From positions 5,533 to 69,532 of the forward strand of contig JAQURL010000003.1 in NCBI GenBank assembly GCA_028715625.1: a stretch of 64,000 bases of DNA, read 5' to 3'. Shown here in pieces: positions 8,758 through 18,124 of this stretch; within the stretch, counting starts at the first letter, position 1; the number at the start of each line of letters is the position of its first letter. Under the pieces are notes generated by a model. The model saw only the letters and a program-made list of their open reading frames with translations. It was not told where the DNA came from and did no database searches. Both the position numbers and the translations under genes were made by a program. This DNA comes from Candidatus Margulisiibacteriota bacterium. Lineage in GTDB: Bacteria > Margulisbacteria > Riflemargulisbacteria > GWF2-35-9.

Positions 8758-9660
8758 TTATGTTGATCGTCTTAAAATAGCTTTTAATAATTTTTTTATG
8801 GAAAGAAAACTGCCGATAATTCCAATAAATAATCCCAGACAGATCAGAAATATATCCAATGTTACCAGATTAAAATTCTTCAGAAACACACTCATGAAAG
8901 GAAAAGCGTTCTGAACTTTTATACTTATATAGCTATATATAGCATCAACAGCTACAACTGCTGCCAGCGAGCCAAGAAGACCTATTATCAGGCCTTCGAT
9001 AATAAATGACCATTTAATGAAGCTATTAGTAGCTCCGACCAGTTTCATAATCTGCACTTCATTTCGTTTGGCTAGAATAGTCAGGTTGATTGTATTTATT
9101 GTTATTAACAAAGTAACAATAAGTAAAAAACCAACCAGCGAAAGGCCCACATAATTGAATATTTGCACGATTTTTCTCAGTTTGCTGACTACTTCCCTCC
9201 CATAACGTACTTCCTGCACACCGTCTATGAACCTGAGTTCTCTTACTATACGCTCTATCTGTTCTGTGGAATTCAACCTCAGCACAAATGAATCAGGTAA
9301 AGGATTATTCAACACCAGGCTGACAATATCGTCCTGATATTGGAACTTGCTTTTAAGTTTATTCCAGGCTGATTCCTTGGAAACAAATTCGTAATTCTTT
9401 ATCCCGGCTATTGATGTAATCTGTTCCTGTACCTTGGATATACCTGAAGAAGTGATGTCTTTATTTAAATAAATAGTCACGCTTAAATTATTGCTGATAC
9501 CTCCGAATAAAGTGTTCAGATTAATAAATAAAAGGATAAAAGACGCCAGCATTACCAGCGAGACCATTATAGTCATTATAGAAATTACAGCCATGAGCAT
9601 ATTTTGCCGCAGAGAAATAAACGATTCTTCAAAGAAAAACTTGATAATTCTAAGATTCAT
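8758..9660 (-). CDS. ftsX: Cell-division permease FtsX
   Basis: 300 aa. FtsX topology: one TM, a large periplasmic loop, three C-terminal TMs. Overlaps ftsE by 11 nt. Confidence 0.85.
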   Translation of the reverse strand: MNLRIIKFFFEESFISLRQNMLMAVISIMTIMVSLVMLASFILLFINLNTLFGGISNNLSVTIYLNKDITSSGISKVQEQITSIAGIKNYEFVSKESAWNKLKSKFQYQDDIVSLVLNNPLPDSFVLRLNSTEQIERIVRELRFIDGVQEVRYGREVVSKLRKIVQIFNYVGLSLVGFLLIVTLLITINTINLTILAKRNEVQIMKLVGATNSFIKWSFIIEGLIIGLLGSLAAVVAVDAIYSYISIKVQNAFPFMSVFLKNFNLVTLDIFLICLGLFIGIIGSFLSIKKLLKAILRRST

Positions 9661-10330
9661 GATAACTTCCTAATTGTTCATCCCTGATAATATTACCTGC
9701 ATGTAAAGCCACAACCCGTTTTCTCATCAGGTCTACAACCGTCTTGTCGTGTGTGGCTACAACGATTGTTGTCTCAGCCTGATTAATCTTCTTGAGTATC
9801 TGCATTAATTCCCAGGAAGAATCTGGGTCAAGATTACCCGTCGGTTCGTCAGCCAGCAGAATTGTAGGTTTATTAATGATCGCTCTGGCCAGACAAGCCT
9901 TTTGTTGCTCGCCGCCGGAAAGTTGATGGGGGTAACAATGCAGTTTGCTCTCCAGCCCCACCAGGCTGATAACACTTTCTATTTTTTCCCGGACAACTTT
10001 CTTTTTTTCACCCTGTATCTTTAAAACAAAAGCCAGGTTCTCATATACAGTCCGATATAAAATCTTAAAATCCTGAAAAATAACCCCGATGTTCTTACGC
10101 AATTTTGCTACCTGGTTTTCATTAAAATCATGCGTATTGATCTTGTCTATGTAAACACTGCCGGAGTCTGGAAGTTCATCACGCATTACAAGCTTTAATA
10201 ATGTGGTTTTCCCCGCACCGGTAGGACCAACCAGGAACACAAACTCATCCTTGCAAATATGCAGATTAATCCTGTTTAAGGCATTAAAATTTTTATTATA
10301 GGTCTTTGTTACGTTGCGTAACCTTATCAC
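9650..10330 (-). CDS. ftsE: Cell-division ATP-binding protein FtsE
   Basis: 226 aa ABC ATPase. Walker A (GPTGAGKTT), signature (LSGGEQQ), Walker B (LLADEPTGNLD). Confidence 0.9.
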   Translation of the reverse strand: MIRLRNVTKTYNKNFNALNRINLHICKDEFVFLVGPTGAGKTTLLKLVMRDELPDSGSVYIDKINTHDFNENQVAKLRKNIGVIFQDFKILYRTVYENLAFVLKIQGEKKKVVREKIESVISLVGLESKLHCYPHQLSGGEQQKACLARAIINKPTILLADEPTGNLDPDSSWELMQILKKINQAETTIVVATHDKTVVDLMRKRVVALHAGNIIRDEQLGSYHES

Positions 10331-11268
10331 TTACGGGCCAATACCTTTTTTACTTTATTAATAATACCGTTAACATTAAGATTATGCTTGGTAAGAAGAT
10401 CGTCCGGCTTACCACTTTCCCCGAAAACTCCTTCTATTCCCAGCATTTCAACAGGCACGGGATGATGTTTTACCAGAATCTCAGCCACTGCGCTACCCAT
10501 GCCACCCAAAATCGAGTGTTCCTCAACCGTAACTGCAGCTCCTGTTTTTTTCGCCATTTTAACAATAGTGTCCATATCGATAGGGCTGATACAGGAAACA
10601 TTTACCACGCTGGCGAAAATCTTTTCTTTTTTCAGTTCTTCTACGGCTTCCAAAGCTTTTGATACCATGATACCGCAGACAAAAATTGTGACATCTTTTC
10701 CTTCGGTCAAAACTTTATTTTTCCCTAATTCAAACTGATAGTCTGTCCCTTTAAAAATAAGGGGGGTGTTACTGCGACTCATCCGGATATAAAACGGGCC
10801 GTTAACTTTTGCTGCCAAACGTACCATTTGCGCGGTTTCTATGGCATCGGCAGGAACCAAAACATTCATGTATGGGATTGCTCTCATTATAGAAATATCT
10901 TCCAGTGCTTGATGTGTAGCTCCGTCTTCTCCTACTGTTATACCTGCGTGTGTCGCACCTATTTTCACATTAAGTCTGGGATAGGCAATAGAATTACGGA
11001 TTTGTTCCCAGGGACGACCGCTGATAAACATGGCAAAAGAACTCGCAAAAACAATCTTCCCCATAAGTGACAGACCGGCAGCCATTCCGATACAGTTTTG
11101 CTCAGCAATACCTGCGTTAAAAAACCTGTCTGGGAATTCTTTAGCAAACCAGCCTGTACGCGTAGAGCTTGATAAATCAGCGTCCAATACAACAATATCA
11201 GGATTCTCTTTACCTAGTTCCACCAAGGTTTTACCATAATAATCACGTGTGCCGGCTAATTCTGTCAT
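10327..11268 (-). CDS. Transketolase, C-terminal (pyrimidine-binding) subunit
   Basis: 313 aa. Matches the Pyr-binding and C-terminal domains of transketolase. Overlaps the N-terminal subunit gene by 4 nt, giving a split tkt. Confidence 0.9.
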   Translation of the reverse strand: MTELAGTRDYYGKTLVELGKENPDIVVLDADLSSSTRTGWFAKEFPDRFFNAGIAEQNCIGMAAGLSLMGKIVFASSFAMFISGRPWEQIRNSIAYPRLNVKIGATHAGITVGEDGATHQALEDISIMRAIPYMNVLVPADAIETAQMVRLAAKVNGPFYIRMSRSNTPLIFKGTDYQFELGKNKVLTEGKDVTIFVCGIMVSKALEAVEELKKEKIFASVVNVSCISPIDMDTIVKMAKKTGAAVTVEEHSILGGMGSAVAEILVKHHPVPVEMLGIEGVFGESGKPDDLLTKHNLNVNGIINKVKKVLARK

Positions 11269-12107
11269 CCGATTTTACCCCTGGTTTCCTTAATTTCCTG
11301 CTTGGCTTTAACCAATTGTTCATCAGTACAGGGAGCACCATGAAAACAGAGTTGATTTTCCATAAAAGAAACACCTTTACCCTTTACCGTATTGGCAATA
11401 ATAACACAGGGCTTACCCTTTATTTTTTCTGTTTTTTCAAGTGTAGATACAATTTCCATTATATTATGGCCGTCAACTTCAAACACCTGCCAGCCGAAAG
11501 ACGCCCATTTATCCGCCAAAGGATCAATATTCATAATATCTTTAGTTGAACCGTCAATCTGCAGCTGATTCTTATCAACAAAAATTACCAGATTGTCTAA
11601 TTTAAAATGACTAGCCGCCATTGCTGCTTCCCAGACCTGACCTTCCTGACATTCACCGTCCCCTAATACCCCATAAATTCTATTCTTTTTTTTATTTAAC
11701 CTTAACCCCAACCCCATACCTACCATTACCGAAAGGCCCTGGCCAAGTGATCCTGTTGTCATTTCTATTCCAGGCAAACTGCGTCTGTCAGGGTGGCCCT
11801 GTAACTTACTGCCGAGCTGACGCAGTGTTTTTAAATAATCCAAAGGAAAAAAGCCTCGTTCGGCCATTGCGGCGTATTGTGCGGGAGCCGCATGCCCTTT
11901 GGCTAAAACGAAATAATCCCTCTCTTCCCATTTAGGATTTTTGGGATCCAGTTTCAACCAGTAAAAATATAAAGTTGAAATTATTTCGGCAATGGACAAT
12001 GAGCCCCCCGGATGTCCGGATTTTGCGGCGCATGTCATATCCAGCACATGGCTGCGAACAATACAGGCTTTAGTCAGAATTTCATGAATCTCATCTTTTG
12101 TTATCAT
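11265..12107 (-). CDS. Transketolase, N-terminal (TPP-binding) subunit
   Basis: 280 aa. TPP-binding motifs (GHPGGSLS...GDGE). Confidence 0.9.
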   Translation of the reverse strand: MITKDEIHEILTKACIVRSHVLDMTCAAKSGHPGGSLSIAEIISTLYFYWLKLDPKNPKWEERDYFVLAKGHAAPAQYAAMAERGFFPLDYLKTLRQLGSKLQGHPDRRSLPGIEMTTGSLGQGLSVMVGMGLGLRLNKKKNRIYGVLGDGECQEGQVWEAAMAASHFKLDNLVIFVDKNQLQIDGSTKDIMNIDPLADKWASFGWQVFEVDGHNIMEIVSTLEKTEKIKGKPCVIIANTVKGKGVSFMENQLCFHGAPCTDEQLVKAKQEIKETRGKIG

Positions 12108-12109
12108 AA

Positions 12110-13159
12110 TTAACTTGGTTTTATAAATATTCTTCTCAGATCAAAATAGGTCACATAAATAATAAATAAAAGCAGAATCAAGGCGCCTATATAATTTAAT
12201 CTGTTAATAATCTCCGGCTTAACAACCTTTCCTAAAACCTTTTCAATATTCAATAATAATATCCTGCCGCCATCCAGGGCCGGAAAAGGAAACAGGTTCA
12301 GAATCGCCAGATTAATGCTTAATATAACAATGAACCTGAATAAAAAGGTCACTCCATAGTTTACCATTTCTCCTGTTAAACTGACAATTCCCAAAGGCCC
12401 GGCTACCTGATCCATGCTTACATGCCCGGTAAAGAACTGTTCAAGGCCGTAAAGCGTCATCAGGCTGATGGAATTGAACTCTTTTACACCTTCTTTTAAG
12501 GAAAAGATTAAAGAATATCGATTAATTAACATCGGTTGTAATTTTATTCCCACGAAGTATATTTTATCCTTTTCGTGATAAGAAGGATTAAGCAAAAATT
12601 TTATCTCACCGTTGTTCCTCTGCACAATAAATTCCAGCGGCTGACCTTTTGAGGATCTGATAAGTTTTACCACCTGCTCTCCATCACTTACAGCCTGACT
12701 GTTTACTTTGAGAACTTTATCACCTTCCCGCAAGTCCATAGCCTGAGCCGGGGTATTGGCAATCACTTTTTCTATTCTTGTGCTAAGCCCTTCCATTTTG
12801 CCGAAAAAAAACAGCAATAAAAACAGCAATAAAAAACCGAAAATCAGATTCGATATTGAACCTGCAGCCAGAACCAAAGTTTTCTGCCAGTAGTTTAAAC
12901 GTTCATAACTTTCTTCCGGTCTATATTGCTCTTCAGGTAAGCTACTATCAATTCCGGCCAGACGTACAAATCCTCCGAACGGAAAGAAGCGCAAGGAAAA
13001 TTGAGTATCATTAAATCTTTTTTTTAGGAAAACAGGACCGAACCCGATAGAATACTCAAAAACCTTTACCTTAAATAATCTGGCTATAAAAAAATGGCCG
13101 CCCTCATGGACAAGAATTAAAACCGAAATTAATAATAGAGCTATAATAACTGTAATCAT
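12110..13159 (-). CDS. rseP: Site-2 protease RseP (M50 zinc metalloprotease)
   Basis: 349 aa. HEGGH zinc motif at the N-terminus, a central PDZ-like region and an LDGG motif near the C-terminal TM. Confidence 0.85.
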   Translation of the reverse strand: MITVIIALLLISVLILVHEGGHFFIARLFKVKVFEYSIGFGPVFLKKRFNDTQFSLRFFPFGGFVRLAGIDSSLPEEQYRPEESYERLNYWQKTLVLAAGSISNLIFGFLLLFLLLFFFGKMEGLSTRIEKVIANTPAQAMDLREGDKVLKVNSQAVSDGEQVVKLIRSSKGQPLEFIVQRNNGEIKFLLNPSYHEKDKIYFVGIKLQPMLINRYSLIFSLKEGVKEFNSISLMTLYGLEQFFTGHVSMDQVAGPLGIVSLTGEMVNYGVTFLFRFIVILSINLAILNLFPFPALDGGRILLLNIEKVLGKVVKPEIINRLNYIGALILLLFIIYVTYFDLRRIFIKPS

Positions 13160-13161
13160 AA

Positions 13162-14343
13162 TTAATCCTTTAAAAAAATATCCAGAAGATCACTACCCTT
13201 TTCAACCGTCCAATTGCTAGCTTGGGCATCTTTTTCAGTAAATCTTTGCTGTGTGACATTTTCCACATTGTCCGAATGATATATTAAAAACGGTACCGGA
13301 TCTCGACCATGTGTTTTCAATTCAATCGGAGTATTATGATCAGGAAGTAATAAAATTGCCAAATCTTTTTTACTATATAATTTCAGGATGGTTCCTAGAA
13401 CTTCCTCATCTATTTTTTCAATAGCTTTTATCTTTAATGGCAAATCCCCCATATGGCCGGCCTCATCAGCTGCTTCAATATGAATAAATACAATATCATG
13501 GTCTTCCAATGCCTTTAAAGCATAGATGGCTTTACCTTTAAAATTAGTATCTATAAAACCGGTTATACCTGGCACCTGAACGTAATCCATTCCCACGGCA
13601 AAACCTATACCTTTTATCAAATCTACAGCCGAAATAACCGCACCGCTCAAACCATAGCGTTTTTTAAAGCCCGGCAGCTTCATTTTTTTGCCCTCACCCC
13701 ATAACCAAACCATGTTTGCCTTACATTCCCTATGCTGAGGCAAATAGTCTTCCTTTATGACCTTTTCGGCATCATTCATAATCTTCCTTATTAATTCCGA
13801 ACCTTCCCCGACAGGTAAATAATTATCAATCTGCTGTCCCGTAATATCATGAGGTGGTGTTGTTTTCAGTTTGACTTTCTGGTTTTTTATTAATAAAAGA
13901 TTGCGATAACTAACTCCATTTATAAATCTTATAGCAATATATTTATTCCCTAATTTTTTATTTAACAGGTCCATTATTTCTTTAGCGACTTTGGAGTCAA
14001 TATGTTTAGCTGTAAAATCTATCATCTTATTATTTTCTATTTGTACCAGATTAGCCCTGAATATTATATCCGCAGGTTCCAGATTTATATTCTGGCTGAT
14101 AGCTTCTATGGCTGCCCTGCCCGTATAATATTTTTCGGGGTCATAACCAAAAATAGCCAGATTGGCTACATCGCTACCGGCTGGAAGAGTGTCGGGAACA
14201 TTTTTTACCAAACCCAGCTTGCCGTGTTTGGCCAAAAAATCCATATTTGGGGTTTTTGCCAATTCCATTGAGGTCTGGTTATGGTAATCTTTAAGAGGCC
14301 AACCGGACATGCCGTCAGCGATAATAACAAGAAATTTTTTCAT
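13162..14343 (-). CDS. apgM: 2,3-bisphosphoglycerate-independent phosphoglycerate mutase, archaeal type (ApgM)
   Basis: 393 aa. N-terminus (LVIIADGMSGWP...LAKTPNMD) and metal-binding motifs are typical of the ApgM family, not bacterial GpmI. Confidence 0.8.
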   Translation of the reverse strand: MKKFLVIIADGMSGWPLKDYHNQTSMELAKTPNMDFLAKHGKLGLVKNVPDTLPAGSDVANLAIFGYDPEKYYTGRAAIEAISQNINLEPADIIFRANLVQIENNKMIDFTAKHIDSKVAKEIMDLLNKKLGNKYIAIRFINGVSYRNLLLIKNQKVKLKTTPPHDITGQQIDNYLPVGEGSELIRKIMNDAEKVIKEDYLPQHRECKANMVWLWGEGKKMKLPGFKKRYGLSGAVISAVDLIKGIGFAVGMDYVQVPGITGFIDTNFKGKAIYALKALEDHDIVFIHIEAADEAGHMGDLPLKIKAIEKIDEEVLGTILKLYSKKDLAILLLPDHNTPIELKTHGRDPVPFLIYHSDNVENVTQQRFTEKDAQASNWTVEKGSDLLDIFLKD

Positions 14344-14346
14344 GTG

Positions 14347-15492
14347 TTACAAATCATTGACAAATTTTTTAATTCTTTTCAGCGCTTCTCTCAAGTCTTC
14401 CATACTGGCTGCGTAACAGCAGCGTATAAAATAATCTATCCCTTCACCAAAGGCATTGCCGGGTACAACAGCCACATGAGCTTTTTGTAAAAGCTGCATG
14501 GCAAAATCCTCTGCTTTTAATCCGAATCGTTTTATATTGGGGAAAATATAGAAAGCTCCTTCCGGTTTAAGGACATCGAAGCCGATTTCCTTTAGACCGT
14601 TATAAAAAAAATTTCTGCGTTCTTCATAAGACCTGCGCATTTTTTCCATTTCCTTTTTTCCATTGCGCAATGCTTCTACTGCCGCATACTGAGCCATTAT
14701 GGGAGCACACATTGTATTATATTGATGAATTTTAACAGCCTGACTTAAGACATCTTTTGGACAAGCCATATAACCTATGCGCCATCCGGTCATGGCATAG
14801 GCTTTGGAAAAACCGTTTAATAATATCAAGTTATCTTTGATATATGTGGAGGCTGAAAGCGGTTGTCCCTCATAAATTAATTCGCCGTAAACTTCATCGG
14901 ATAACAGCCATAAATCTTTCTCTTTGACGATTTTAATGATATCCTGCAACTGTTCTTTGGAAATCATAGCTCCGGTCGGATTGTTAGGATAACAAATCAA
15001 TATGGCTTTTGTTTTGGGTGTAAGATGCTCCAGAATTTGTTTCTTTGTCAGAATAAACCCTGTTTCACTTGTATCCACAGGTACCGGTAATCCACCAGCT
15101 AATGTAACCAAGGGTTGATAACAGACGAAATTAGGCACCGGAACAATAACCTCGTCACCATCATTAAGAATAGTACGCAGGGCTACATCTATTCCTTCGG
15201 ACACACCCACTGTTATTAATACTTCATTATCCGGATTATAATCAGCCTGGAAACGTTTATGAAGATAATAAGCAATTTCTTTGCGCAGCTCCATTATACC
15301 CAGGTTGGAAGTATATGATGTTTGGCCTTTTTCCAGGCTATAGATGGCCTGCTCTGTTATATGCCAGGGTGTAGAAAAATCCGGTTCGCCCACACCAAGA
15401 GAAATAATATTTTCAGCATTTAATACCAGATCAAAAAATTTTCGAATACCTGAAGGCTGAATGCTTTTTACTTTTTCTGATAACGAACGCAT
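14347..15492 (-). CDS. PLP-dependent class I/II aminotransferase (aspartate aminotransferase-like)
   Basis: 381 aa. NPTG motif and the PLP-lysine region (SKAYAMTGWRIGY). Confidence 0.85.
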   Translation of the reverse strand: MRSLSEKVKSIQPSGIRKFFDLVLNAENIISLGVGEPDFSTPWHITEQAIYSLEKGQTSYTSNLGIMELRKEIAYYLHKRFQADYNPDNEVLITVGVSEGIDVALRTILNDGDEVIVPVPNFVCYQPLVTLAGGLPVPVDTSETGFILTKKQILEHLTPKTKAILICYPNNPTGAMISKEQLQDIIKIVKEKDLWLLSDEVYGELIYEGQPLSASTYIKDNLILLNGFSKAYAMTGWRIGYMACPKDVLSQAVKIHQYNTMCAPIMAQYAAVEALRNGKKEMEKMRRSYEERRNFFYNGLKEIGFDVLKPEGAFYIFPNIKRFGLKAEDFAMQLLQKAHVAVVPGNAFGEGIDYFIRCCYAASMEDLREALKRIKKFVNDL

Positions 15493-15493
15493 C

Positions 15494-15982
15494 TTAAAAA
15501 GTAATATTCAGGCGCTGTGATTTTTCTTCGTCCTGGCCCATTACTATACCGTTTTCTTTATATTTTTTCAGCAGAAAATGTGTAGCTGTAGAGAGCACAT
15601 TCCCGAGAGGTGAAAGCTTGCCGGAAACGAATCGGGCAATATCTTTCAAAGAATCTCCCTTGACCACTACCAGAAGGTCATAAGCACCGCTCATCAGGTA
15701 AATGGATTGTACTTCGGGAAACTTCTGCAAACGTTTGGCTATATTGTCAAAACCTTTGTCCCTTTCCGGTGTAACCTTAACTTCTATAAAAGCTATGACT
15801 GTATCGTCACCGTTAACTATTTCATCATTAACAATAACGGAATATTTCAGGATAACATTTTCTTTTTCCAGTTTGGCAATCTCAGCTTTTACCTTTTTCT
15901 CTGCTACATTCAGCATACTGGCAATTTCTTTGGGTGTTAAACGGGAATCATTTTTTAATATATCCAGAATTTTATTTTTCAT
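15494..15982 (-). CDS. Lrp/AsnC-family transcriptional regulator
   Basis: 162 aa. N-terminal HTH (ILDILKNDSRLTPKEIASMLNVAEKKVKAEIAKLEKENV) plus a RAM ligand domain. Confidence 0.85.
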   Translation of the reverse strand: MKNKILDILKNDSRLTPKEIASMLNVAEKKVKAEIAKLEKENVILKYSVIVNDEIVNGDDTVIAFIEVKVTPERDKGFDNIAKRLQKFPEVQSIYLMSGAYDLLVVVKGDSLKDIARFVSGKLSPLGNVLSTATHFLLKKYKENGIVMGQDEEKSQRLNITF

Positions 15983-15992
15983 AGTTACCTCT

Positions 15993-17090
15993 TTATAAAC
16001 CTATAATTTTAATAATTTCCTTAATAGAATTTTTTACTTTTATCGGCTTTGATGATTTTAATATAGCATTATCCGGGTCTTTTAGTCCATGACCTGTCAG
16101 GGTGCAGACTATTATATCCCCATCTCTGAACATCTCTTTTTTAGTAAGTATTCCGGCAACAGAAGCAGCCGAAGCCGGCTCGCAAAAAACGCCTTCTTTT
16201 TCTGCTAAAAGCTTGAAAGCATCAAGTATTTGCTCATCTGTAACAATATCAATAAGCCCTCGGGATTCGTCTCTTGCTGCCACTGCTTGTTTCCAGCTTG
16301 CGGGGTTCCCGATACGAATCGCCGTAGCCACAGTTTCCGGTTTTTCTACTACTCTTCCCAGCACAATCGGGCAAGATCCCGCGGCCTGAAAACCCAACAT
16401 TTTAGGTAAATTTTTAGATTTCCCCGCAGCTTTGTATTCATTGTAACCTTTCCAGTATGCGGTAATATTGCCGGCATTGCCTACTGGCAAGGCATGATAG
16501 GTGGGAGCTGTCCCCAGAGAATCAATAATCTCAAAAGAAGCGGTCTTCTGGCCTTCGATACGATAAGGATTTATGGAATTAACCAGCTCAATCGGATATT
16601 TTTCAGTTATATCACGCACTGCATTAAGAGCATCATCAAAATTGCCGGCAATTTCCAGCACAAGAGCGCCATGCATCATAGCCTGCGCCAGTTTACCCAG
16701 AGCAATTTTACCTTCCGGAATAAGCACTATACATTTAATATTAGCTCTGGCTGCATAAGCAGAAGCAGATGCTGATGTATTTCCTGTAGATGCACACATA
16801 ACCGCTTTCATTCCGCGTTCAACCGCCTTGGTTATAGCCATAGTCATTCCTCTGTCTTTAAAAGAACCTGTGGGATTTAATCCTTCGTATTTGAAAAGAA
16901 TCTTTACTTTTTTTCCAATGAGTTCAGGAAGATAAACAGCCGGTATCAGTGGAGTATTACCTTCCAGCAAAGTAACAACCGGCGTATTGTCCGAAACCGG
17001 TAAAAACTTGCGATACTGCTCTATAACACCTTGCCACATGTGCTTAATTGTAAGGGAAAATGCCTGAAAGTTAAAGTGGTTAATTTCCAA
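15993..17090 (-). CDS. thrC: Threonine synthase
   Basis: 365 aa. PLP lysine motif ([10 protein letters not shown]) with typical ThrC fold conservation. Confidence 0.85.
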   Translation of the reverse strand: MEINHFNFQAFSLTIKHMWQGVIEQYRKFLPVSDNTPVVTLLEGNTPLIPAVYLPELIGKKVKILFKYEGLNPTGSFKDRGMTMAITKAVERGMKAVMCASTGNTSASASAYAARANIKCIVLIPEGKIALGKLAQAMMHGALVLEIAGNFDDALNAVRDITEKYPIELVNSINPYRIEGQKTASFEIIDSLGTAPTYHALPVGNAGNITAYWKGYNEYKAAGKSKNLPKMLGFQAAGSCPIVLGRVVEKPETVATAIRIGNPASWKQAVAARDESRGLIDIVTDEQILDAFKLLAEKEGVFCEPASAASVAGILTKKEMFRDGDIIVCTLTGHGLKDPDNAILKSSKPIKVKNSIKEIIKIIGL

Positions 17091-17092
17091 TA

Positions 17093-18118
17093 TTACTGAA
17101 TGAACATAGCGTCCCCAAAACTATAAAAATGATACTTTTCTTTTATAGCTTTTTGATAAGCCTGCAACACAAAATCTCTACCTGCGAAGGCGAAAACCAT
17201 GGCCAGCAAAGTAGATTTGGGCAGATGGAAGTTGGTAATAAGCGCGTCCACAACCTGGAATTCATATCCCGGTTTAATAAATATATTTAATCTTCCGCTT
17301 CCCGGCTCCAGCTTGTTATTAACATTGCATACTCCCTCTAATAGTCTTACAACTGTTGTCCCTACCGCAACAACACGTTTCCCTGAATTTTTTGTCTCTT
17401 TAATAAGCCGTACGGTTTCTTTAGAAAGCTCGTATCTTTCCGAATGCATATAATGGTCAGAAATATCAGGAGAGCTCATGGGTTTGAATGTACCTAACCC
17501 TACATAAAGAGTGCCGCTGGTTGTACGTACACCCTTAACTTTAATTTTATCAATTAATTCTGCAGAAAAATGTAGTCCTGCCGTTGGTGCCGCAACCGCT
17601 CCGTTTCTGGCGGCATAAACAGTCTGATATCTTTCTTTATAATAATCTTTTCTTTTCGCGTCATAACTAATATATGGAGGTAAAGGTATTTCTCCTATCC
17701 GTTCGATTATATCCAGCGGATTTCTGTTAAATTCCACCCAGCGTAATCCTTCGCCCAGATTCTTGATAATTGTTGCCGTTAATCCCAAAGAAAATTTTAC
17801 TTCTGTTCCAATCTTTAATCTTTTGGCAGGTTTAACCAATACTTCCCAGCAATTATTATCCAGGTCTTCCAGAAGGAATAATTCGATTTTTGCTCCAGTA
17901 TCTTTCTGTCCAAACAATCTGGCCGGTATTACACGGGCATCGTTAAATACCAACAAGTCTCCTTTATTTAAAAAATCTTCAATGTTGTGGAATACAGCAT
18001 TTAAAATCTCGCCTTTCTTTCTGTTCAACACCATCAAACGAGAATATTCTCGTCTCGGAGCTGGCGTCTGTGCAATCAGTTCAGGGGGTAGATTATAATT
18101 AAAATCTGAAAGTAACAA
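17093..18118 (-). CDS. queA: S-adenosylmethionine:tRNA ribosyltransferase-isomerase QueA
   Basis: 341 aa. Characteristic N-terminus ([18 protein letters not shown]) and conservation across the protein. Confidence 0.9.
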   Translation of the reverse strand: MLLSDFNYNLPPELIAQTPAPRREYSRLMVLNRKKGEILNAVFHNIEDFLNKGDLLVFNDARVIPARLFGQKDTGAKIELFLLEDLDNNCWEVLVKPAKRLKIGTEVKFSLGLTATIIKNLGEGLRWVEFNRNPLDIIERIGEIPLPPYISYDAKRKDYYKERYQTVYAARNGAVAAPTAGLHFSAELIDKIKVKGVRTTSGTLYVGLGTFKPMSSPDISDHYMHSERYELSKETVRLIKETKNSGKRVVAVGTTVVRLLEGVCNVNNKLEPGSGRLNIFIKPGYEFQVVDALITNFHLPKSTLLAMVFAFAGRDFVLQAYQKAIKEKYHFYSFGDAMFIQ

Positions 18119-18124
18119 GTTAAA

